A stretch of 32,000 nt of DNA from contig OY969931.1 in NCBI GenBank assembly GCA_963704705.1, positions 150,001 through 182,000 on the forward strand, read 5' to 3'. The stretch comes from an uncultured bacterium. GTDB taxonomy: Bacteria > Patescibacteriota > Gracilibacteria > UBA1369 > PNNO01. The notes beneath the pieces are model-generated. The model searched no databases, was not told where the DNA came from, and was given only the letters and a program-made list of their open reading frames with translations. Both the position numbers and the translations under genes were made by a program. Below are positions 25,640 through 32,000 of this stretch, piece after piece. Each line of letters starts with the position of its first letter. Position 1 is the stretch's first letter.

Positions 25640-26702
25640 GAAAATATTTACCTGATCTGTTTATTTCAATTACGTTATCGAGTTCAAGCTCTGTAAGGCA
25701 CGAAGAGAGTTTTGCAGCTGGTATTAATATTTTTTGCATTAATTCATTTTTGGAATGATTTCCTGTTTTTAAATGTTCAATAATCATTTTTTGTTCAAAT
25801 GAGAATCTGCTTAAAATAAGCGGATTTTGTTTTCTGGAAATCCCGAGATTAATATAAATTTCATCATAATTGTAAATTGGCATTGCACCATCAAATATTA
25901 ATTTATTGGGCCCTTCACTGGTTTTATCTGTAATCCTGCCAGGGAAAGCATACACATCGCGGCCTTGTTCTAACGCACATTTCGCGGTAATTAACGCTCC
26001 TGATGTTATTGACCCTTCAACCACAACAACTGCTTCACTAAGCCCTGCAATTATTCTGTTTCGCAGCGGAAAATGATATTTTTGAGCATTCAGATTTGGT
26101 GGATATTCTGAAATTATTGCTCCGTCCCGTATTATTCTTTGAGTTATTTCTTGTTGATAATAAGGTATTCGTTTTAATCCAAACCCGAGCACAGCAACAG
26201 TAGGAACATTATTTTCAATAGCGGCTTTGTGTGCATTCGTATCAATTCCTCTTGCGAGTCCGCTAACAACAACAAAGTCATCAGGACTCAGGGCCTGAAC
26301 GAGTTTTTTTGTTACTGTCTGGCCATAATCCGACATAGCTCTTGTGCCCACTATACCGATAAAATGCTTTTTTAAGTTTGGAATATTACCTTTTATATAA
26401 AGAATCTTCGGTGAAATATCTTTATTCATTTCACGCAATTGGCAAGGATAATTTTCATCTCGAATTGTAATTACTTTTATATTTTCCGAATTAAAACTTT
26501 CAAATTCTTTAAATGGCGTTCCTGTTTTTTTATATAAGTTGAAATTTTTAATATAATCTTCATGAAATCGCAGATTACGAAGATCTTTTTCCGTAAGATT
26601 TTCCCAGGCGGATTTTACTTCTGAATGGTATTTAATAAGCTTTTCAAACGGCCCTGCCAAGCCCATAAATACACAATTCCAAGCATGATAATATTCTTTC
26701 AT
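25623..26702 (-). CDS. dprA: DNA processing protein DprA
   Basis: 359 aa. VGTRAMSDYGQTVTKKLV, VVSGLARGIDTNAHKAAIENNVPTVAVLGFG, NRIIAGLSEAVVVVEGSITSGALITAKCALEQGRDVYAFPG. Confidence 0.95.
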   Translation of the reverse strand: MKEYYHAWNCVFMGLAGPFEKLIKYHSEVKSAWENLTEKDLRNLRFHEDYIKNFNLYKKTGTPFKEFESFNSENIKVITIRDENYPCQLREMNKDISPKILYIKGNIPNLKKHFIGIVGTRAMSDYGQTVTKKLVQALSPDDFVVVSGLARGIDTNAHKAAIENNVPTVAVLGFGLKRIPYYQQEITQRIIRDGAIISEYPPNLNAQKYHFPLRNRIIAGLSEAVVVVEGSITSGALITAKCALEQGRDVYAFPGRITDKTSEGPNKLIFDGAMPIYNYDEIYINLGISRKQNPLILSRFSFEQKMIIEHLKTGNHSKNELMQKILIPAAKLSSCLTELELDNVIEINRSGKYFLKSQY

Positions 26703-26753
26703 GCCTAAAATCTAGCAAACAAAGATTAAATTTTGATTAAATTTTTCTAAAAT

Positions 26754-27797
26754 TTAAAAAGGAATATTTAAAAGTTCCACGCCGGGTTTTTCAACAATTT
26801 CACCAATTACCATTGCCGAAATATCGTGTTTACCAACCATTTCTATTACTTTTTCCGGTTCTTTTGTGACAATAACCATTCCTATACCCATATTCCAAGT
26901 TTTATAAGCTTCCATTTTATCGACTTTACCAAGCTCAATAAGCTTAAGCATAATATCATTTGGTTTAGGTAAATTATCGATTTTTGCACCAAAACCTTTA
27001 TGTTTTACCACCCTTATTACATTGCCTGGTAATCCGCCGCCGGTTATATGTGCAATTGCGCTTATATCAACTTTTCTTGGTTGTTTATATCTTCCAATCA
27101 TATCAAGAACAGCATTGTGATATATCAATGTTGGCTGCAATACAGCTTCTCCCCAAGTTAATCCATTATCGTACATTTCATTGTGCCAGTTTTCACCAAA
27201 GTTAGAAGCAAGTATATGTCTTACCAGAGTCATACCATTTGATCTGAATAATCGTGATCTTAATCCAACAATTTTATCCCCTACTTCTAATTTATCACCT
27301 GTAATAAATTTTTCTTTTTCCACAATTCCAATAGCGGTAGCATTCCAAACATATCCATTTATCATTGTTCCAAGTTCTGCGATTTCTCCACCCGGAACCA
27401 CTATTTTTTGTTCAGTACAAGCCGCTTGTAAACCTTTCATCATTTCGCTTATTACACCTTTATCAACTTTTTCCACATCTATAGTATTTGAAATTGAAAC
27501 CACTTCAGCACCAACGCAAATTGCATCATCAGCAACCATGCCAACAAGGTCATATCCCATTGTGTCATATTTTCCGACCTGTGTGGCAATAACCATTTTT
27601 GTTCCAATCCCATCATCATTCTGGACAAGGTAAAAATCTCCAAAATCCATGGCACCGGAAAATCCGCCTTCCATTACAACTGGTTCTCCTATCATGCCTT
27701 TGCGTGAACTAAAAGTAGCTTTTGCAGCTTCATATGCAATCCGTGAACATTCGTCACCCATTTCAATGTCCACTCCAGCTTCTTTATATGTAGCCAT
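26754..27797 (-). CDS. purM: Phosphoribosylformylglycinamidine cyclo-ligase (AIR synthetase)
   Basis: 347 aa. TYKEAGVDIEMGD, DGIGTKMVIATQVGKYDTMGYDLVGMVADDAICVGAE, HITGGGLPGNVIRV. Confidence 0.9.
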   Translation of the reverse strand: MATYKEAGVDIEMGDECSRIAYEAAKATFSSRKGMIGEPVVMEGGFSGAMDFGDFYLVQNDDGIGTKMVIATQVGKYDTMGYDLVGMVADDAICVGAEVVSISNTIDVEKVDKGVISEMMKGLQAACTEQKIVVPGGEIAELGTMINGYVWNATAIGIVEKEKFITGDKLEVGDKIVGLRSRLFRSNGMTLVRHILASNFGENWHNEMYDNGLTWGEAVLQPTLIYHNAVLDMIGRYKQPRKVDISAIAHITGGGLPGNVIRVVKHKGFGAKIDNLPKPNDIMLKLIELGKVDKMEAYKTWNMGIGMVIVTKEPEKVIEMVGKHDISAMVIGEIVEKPGVELLNIPF

Positions 27798-27809
27798 TTT
27801 TAATGATTG

Positions 27810-28487
27810 TTAAAATTCATAAGTACCGTGAGCTTCGTCACTAATCACTTTACCATTTTCCAGCCTGACTACACGTTTTTTGAGTTTATCAACAAGCCCT
27901 TTATTGTGTGATGCAAACAGTACTGTTGCCCCATTTTTATTTATTTTAGTGAAAAGCTTTAAAATTTCATCTGCAGATTTTGGATCCAAATTTCCTGTTG
28001 GTTCATCCGCAACGACCAGTTTGGGATCATGCACCAATGCTCTTGCAATAGCCACTTTTTGCTGTTCACCTCCTGAAAGTTGATAAGGAAAATGACCTTT
28101 CAAATTTTCCAGACCCACAAGTTTTAATACTTCATCCACTTTTTCTTTTATATATGATTTTGATTCACCTGTAGCCTCTAAGGCAAATGCAATATTTTCA
28201 TAAACATTTTTGCTTAGAATCAATTTGTAATCCTGAAAAACAATTCCAAGTTTTCTTCTAAAAAGCTGCAAAGCATTTTCACTCATTATATGAACATGAT
28301 AATCATCAACAAAAATCTTGCCGCTATTCAATTTATCGGCTCCGATAAGCGCATGAATCAATGTTGATTTACCTGCGCCCGAAGGCCCGATAATCGAAAC
28401 AAATTCCTGCGGTTCGATTTTCAAACTCACATTATCTAAAATTTTTCGGTCACCGTGTTGTTTATTTACTTTGTCGAAGACGATCAT
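27810..28487 (-). CDS. ftsE: ABC transporter ATPase of FtsE type
   Basis: 225 aa. IGPSGAGKSTLIHALIG, LSGGEQQKVAIARALVHDPKLVVADEPTGNLDP, HNKGLVDKLKKRVVRLENG. Confidence 0.82.
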   Translation of the reverse strand: MIVFDKVNKQHGDRKILDNVSLKIEPQEFVSIIGPSGAGKSTLIHALIGADKLNSGKIFVDDYHVHIMSENALQLFRRKLGIVFQDYKLILSKNVYENIAFALEATGESKSYIKEKVDEVLKLVGLENLKGHFPYQLSGGEQQKVAIARALVHDPKLVVADEPTGNLDPKSADEILKLFTKINKNGATVLFASHNKGLVDKLKKRVVRLENGKVISDEAHGTYEF

Positions 28488-28526
28488 AAATTTGGAATAC
28501 GTAAAGAATGCATTCTAACTATAAAG

Positions 28527-29831
28527 TTAACCTTTCAGTGATTCAACCCAATTTCTAAAAACCTCACCCCTATGTTTGTAATTTTTAAATTGATCGAAGC
28601 TTGCACTGGCTGGAGAAAGTAATATCACATAGCCTTCCCAGGCTTTCTCCAAAGCCAAATCAAAGGCATCGCGATAATTCGCAACTACTCTTATTTCCGG
28701 TTTTATTTTGGGATTTTTTTCGATTGACGCCTTGATATGTTTTGCAGTATCACCCATTAATATAACTTCTTTTAAATTTTCTTTTGCAGCAATAAGTTTG
28801 CCGAGTTCATCATAATTTGAATTTTTTTCACTGCCACCGGCAATCAAAATAACAGGTTCTTTAAAAGAATTTATCGCTGCCATGCAAGTTTCTGGTGTTG
28901 TTGAAAAAGAATCATTATAGAATTTTATACTTTTATGTTCGCCAACAAGCTCAAGCCTATGGGGCAAACCTTTAAATTCACGAACCACTTTTTTTATAAA
29001 ATTTGTGGGAATATTTAGAATAGAAGCAGTCACACATGCAGGTAAAATATTTTCAATGTTATGAGGTCCGATTAATCCGACTTCGTCTGTTTTGCAAAGT
29101 TCGAAGTCAAATAAATATAGTGACCCGCGCTGTTCATAAGCCCCGTGAGCAACTGTTTTTTTGGCGCTAATATAATATTTTTCAGCCTTTGTTAAATCTT
29201 CATACCTCTTATGATACGGATAATCTATATTGAAAATCGCTGAATCTTTAGTTGTTTGAAATTTAACAATAGCCTCTTTTGCCTGCAGATATTCTTCTCT
29301 GTCTTTATGATAATCAAGATGGTCACTGGTTGTATTTAAAATAATCGCAATATTCGGACTTTTTGTTAGATCATGCAGCTGAAAACTGGAAAGTTCGAGT
29401 ATGGCAATTGATTCTTCATCCAGCTCATCCAAAAAAGTAAGTGCTGGAATTCCAATATTCCCCCCTAAGTAAACAGCTTTTCCCGCTGCTTTAAGAATTT
29501 CATAAATTAAAGTTGAAGTTGTACCTTTGCCTTTTGTTCCTGTAATACCAATGGTTTTACATGGGCACAAATCAAAAAACAGCTGTGTTGCAGAAGTAAC
29601 ATTTAAACCTTTTAGGCTTGGATGATCTTTATGAATTCCCGGACTTCTAAAAATTAAATCGTACTCTTTTAGCTTGGATAAGTCGTTTTCAACATCATCT
29701 CTTATTAGTTTTTCATCAAAAATAGTTATATTTTTATATGCTTTTCCTTCAAGAAATTGAAAAGTTGCCTGACCTTCTACTCCAAAACCAAGAATAGCGA
29801 TTTTACTTTCTTTAGGTATAGAAATTTCCAT
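28527..29831 (-). CDS. murD: UDP-N-acetylmuramoylalanine--D-glutamate ligase
   Basis: VAILGFGVEGQAT-type Rossmann N-terminus, TIGITGTKGKGTTSTLI, ILNTTSDHLDYH, FKGLPHRLELVGEHKSIKFYNDSFSTTPE, LLSPASASFDQFKNYKHRGEVF. The track start at 29837 is a TTG; ATG at 29831 is a likely start. Confidence 0.9.
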   Translation of the reverse strand: MEISIPKESKIAILGFGVEGQATFQFLEGKAYKNITIFDEKLIRDDVENDLSKLKEYDLIFRSPGIHKDHPSLKGLNVTSATQLFFDLCPCKTIGITGTKGKGTTSTLIYEILKAAGKAVYLGGNIGIPALTFLDELDEESIAILELSSFQLHDLTKSPNIAIILNTTSDHLDYHKDREEYLQAKEAIVKFQTTKDSAIFNIDYPYHKRYEDLTKAEKYYISAKKTVAHGAYEQRGSLYLFDFELCKTDEVGLIGPHNIENILPACVTASILNIPTNFIKKVVREFKGLPHRLELVGEHKSIKFYNDSFSTTPETCMAAINSFKEPVILIAGGSEKNSNYDELGKLIAAKENLKEVILMGDTAKHIKASIEKNPKIKPEIRVVANYRDAFDLALEKAWEGYVILLSPASASFDQFKNYKHRGEVFRNWVESLKG

Positions 29832-29846
29832 GCCCAAACATTACCA

Positions 29847-30077
29847 TTATTCAGGTTTAATTTCACCAATTTTTTTTCTGAATAGCGTTCTCAATCTGTC
29901 TATTTGATCCGGACTGATTGATTTTTCCGGCTGTTTTGCAGCTTCTCCTCTAAATAAACGAAGAGTTGCGTCATCAAGAGGATTCTCAGCATTTCCGCCT
30001 GCTGATTTATATGTTTTTAATAAACGATCAAATTCTTTTTGTTCTTCTTCATTTAATCTGGCATTTTGATTATTCAT
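29847..30077 (-). CDS. Small hypothetical protein (76 aa)
   Basis: ORF in a probable operon with murD, with a good promoter upstream at 30104-30132. Confidence 0.55.
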   Translation of the reverse strand: MNNQNARLNEEEQKEFDRLLKTYKSAGGNAENPLDDATLRLFRGEAAKQPEKSISPDQIDRLRTLFRKKIGEIKPE

Positions 30078-30103
30078 TTTTATTTTATTAATTATCTATA
30101 TTA

Positions 30104-30132
30104 ATTATACAACAAATAGTTCAATTGGTCAA
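30104..30132 (-). promoter_or_regulatory. Minus-strand promoter for the 29847-30077/murD operon
   Basis: On the minus strand: TTGACC - 17 bp - TATAAT. Confidence 0.6.
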
Positions 30133-30140
30133 AAAAATGA

Positions 30141-30168
30141 TTGACAAATTTTTGCTTATGAATATACT
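30141..30168 (+). promoter_or_regulatory. Plus-strand promoter for the zinc-finger-like ORF
   Basis: TTGACA - 16 bp - TATACT. Confidence 0.65.
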
Positions 30169-30203
30169 CTTATCTTGGCTTTTTACTCTTAACAAAATAA
30201 AAA

Positions 30204-30464
30204 ATGGCTAGTCGCGATCATAACGCTGAGCACTTTGAACAATGGATTGTTGATACCATTGCAGATCAAGGTCTCATTGAATCACAAGATAAACATGAAA
30301 TTGAAGTTCCATGTCCATGTTGTAAAACAGGTCTTGTTAGATTGGAAATCAACGGTAAATTAAGTCAGGTCATGGCTAAATGTTCTAATCATGACGAGGG
30401 AAAATGCGGAAGCCATAAAGTTATCATGCCTTATAAAAACCGCAGACAAAGTGCAGTTAGTTGA
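30204..30464 (+). CDS. Small putative zinc-binding protein (86 aa)
   Basis: VPCPCCKTGLVRLEINGKLSQVMAKCSNHDEGKCGSH: Cys/His-rich ribbon. Confidence 0.6.
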   Translation: MASRDHNAEHFEQWIVDTIADQGLIESQDKHEIEVPCPCCKTGLVRLEINGKLSQVMAKCSNHDEGKCGSHKVIMPYKNRRQSAVS

Positions 30465-30489
30465 TAACAAAGTTTAATCGTGGTATAAT
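30461..30489 (+). promoter_or_regulatory. Promoter for rnj, overlapping the stop codon of the preceding ORF
   Basis: TTGATA (30461-30466) - 17 bp - TATAAT (30484-30489), with TGG before the -10 (extended). Confidence 0.7.
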
Positions 30490-30536
30490 GTAAGTGAATT
30501 CGACTAGGACAAAATTGAATTTGAGTAACAAAATTT

Positions 30537-32000
30537 ATGAACAATCAGTTAGACCGCTGGATAGAAGAGAAACTTCAACATACAGCGAATCCGCAAAAAA
30601 TTAAAACCCCCACGCTGCAGCGTCAGCGGAAGCGGCAATCTTTTAGAAAACGAAAATCTCACCATCAAAACAAGCAAAACAAGGGTGAATTTGTTAATAA
30701 AGTACGTATTTTGCCATTGGGCGGGCTTGATGAAGTCGGCAAAAACATGATGGCAATTGAATATGGCCGCGATATCATAATAATAGATATGGGATTCCAG
30801 TTTCCTGATGAGGATATGCTTGGAATCGACTACGTTATTCCTGATATTTCATGGCTAAAAGAGCGCAAAAACCGCATTCGCGGTATTATTCTGACTCATG
30901 GCCATTTGGATCACATCGGAGGAATACCGTACATTTTACCTGAACTTGGATTTCCGCAGCTTTACGGCACTAAACTTACCTTAGGCTTAGTCGAAAAACG
31001 TGTCGAGGAGTTTGGAATCAAAAAAGAATCGGTATTAAATGTTTTTAATCCTGACGACACTCTTAAATTAGGCGCTTTTAAATGCCGATTTTTTAGAGTT
31101 AATCATTCGATTCCCGATGGTGTAGGCGTTATCGTTGAAACACCTGAAGGTAATATTGTGCATACAGGAGACTTTAAGTTTGATGCAAGCCCGGCTGATC
31201 AAATTCAGGCGGATTATGATAAATTAAGCGAACTCGGTAAAAAGAGAAATGCCACAATCCTATTTTCTGACAGCACAAACGCATTAAAAGAGGGCCATAC
31301 CATATCAGAAGAAGCAATTGGTGAAACCCTTGATACTTTGATTGGTGAAACTGATGGCAGAATTATTATTGCATCATTTTCGTCTTTAATAGGCAGAATC
31401 CAGCAAATTTTAAATTCAGCTCAAAAGTACAAAAAACAGGTTTTTGTAAGTGGACGAAGCTTGATTGATAATATTGGAATTGCAGAACGGCTCGGATATA
31501 TAAAAGTTCCCAAAGGGCTTATACATGATGTTCGAAAAGCTCAAAAAGTTCCCGGCAAAAACGCTCTTATTTTAACAACAGGAAGCCAGGGTGAAGCTGT
31601 TTCAGCATTAACAAGAATTTCGCTTAATGATCACAAGCATATAAAAATTAAAAAAGGCGATACTGTAATTATTTCAGCAACACCAATTATAGGTAATGAA
31701 CGTGCTATCTACACCGTAATTGATAATTTAACAAAACTTGGTGCCAGAGTGATCGATAATAAGATTATGGATGTTCACACTTCGGGCCATGGATGTCAGG
31801 AAGATTTGAAAATGATGATAAACATGGTTAAGCCAAAGTATTTCGCTCCTATCCATGGGTTTTTCCATATGCGTTCACGACACAGAGAGCTTGCCTTAGA
31901 AGAGGGAATTCATGAACAAAACACAATTATGGCTAATAACGGCGATATTATCGAACTTAAAAAAGGGCAGGTAACCATGAGTAAAGAAAAAATTGATACA
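30537..32000 (+). CDS. rnj: Ribonuclease J (metallo-beta-lactamase/beta-CASP), 3'-truncated by window end
   Basis: ATG at 30537. MNNQLDRWIEEKLQ...KVRILPLGGLDEVGKNMMAIEYG, ILTHGHLDHIGGIPY (HxHxDH), TGDFKFD, FSDSTNA, YFAPIHGFFHMRSRHRELA. Absent from the ORF track, presumably because it has no stop. Confidence 0.93.
   Translation, partial: MNNQLDRWIEEKLQHTANPQKIKTPTLQRQRKRQSFRKRKSHHQNKQNKGEFVNKVRILPLGGLDEVGKNMMAIEYGRDIIIIDMGFQFPDEDMLGIDYVIPDISWLKERKNRIRGIILTHGHLDHIGGIPYILPELGFPQLYGTKLTLGLVEKRVEEFGIKKESVLNVFNPDDTLKLGAFKCRFFRVNHSIPDGVGVIVETPEGNIVHTGDFKFDASPADQIQADYDKLSELGKKRNATILFSDSTNALKEGHTISEEAIGETLDTLIGETDGRIIIASFSSLIGRIQQILNSAQKYKKQVFVSGRSLIDNIGIAERLGYIKVPKGLIHDVRKAQKVPGKNALILTTGSQGEAVSALTRISLNDHKHIKIKKGDTVIISATPIIGNERAIYTVIDNLTKLGARVIDNKIMDVHTSGHGCQEDLKMMINMVKPKYFAPIHGFFHMRSRHRELALEEGIHEQNTIMANNGDIIELKKGQVTMSKEKIDT

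Noticed and set aside
26984-28083. Plus-strand ORFs opposite purM and ftsE
   Set aside because: Shadow ORFs of conserved genes.
1-32000. CRISPR arrays, retron/msr-like elements, IS elements, inteins in RecA/GspE, or alternative genetic code
   Set aside because: No regularly spaced direct repeats, reverse transcriptase or transposase ORFs were seen. recA and pilB are of normal length with uninterrupted motifs. The genes read through to plausible ends in the standard code, including TGA stops, so UGA reassignment is not supported.

Overview
This is a gene-dense, AT-rich bacterial chromosomal window that looks like a reduced or CPR/Patescibacteria-type genome; the lineage is my inference. No CRISPR array, IS element or rRNA is visible. 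Recognisable genes in window order are: partial GT4 glycosyltransferase, tRNA-Asp(GTC), lipoprotein, membrane protein, HTH DNA-binding protein, polyprenol/dolichol-kinase-like membrane protein, glutamate dehydrogenase, and an HD-domain RelA/SpoT-hydrolase-like protein. These are followed by a small ORF, a 1654-aa giant protein, another small ORF, ATP-type PEP carboxykinase, a coiled-coil protein, pyruvate phosphate dikinase, and a duplicated peptidoglycan-binding-like protein. The rest are NAD kinase, a second GT4 enzyme, recA-recX, nusA, pilB/gspE, dprA, purM, ftsE, murD, two Zn-ribbon small proteins and a 3'-truncated RNase J. The strongest candidate for something undescribed is the minus-strand cassette 4896-11083. 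It runs small basic ORF -> 1654-aa protein -> 84-aa ORF -> stand-alone HD hydrolase. The C-terminus of the giant protein resembles a RelA/SpoT-type nucleotidyltransferase, so the cassette would pair an alarmone-synthetase-like module with a small alarmone-hydrolase-like gene. Other notable signals are a perfect 20-bp palindrome filling the spacer of the recA promoter, a duplicated GATTAATCAAAA element bracketing the promoter of an HTH gene, and a general lack of Shine-Dalgarno sequences. All family assignments come from reading motifs, with no database search.
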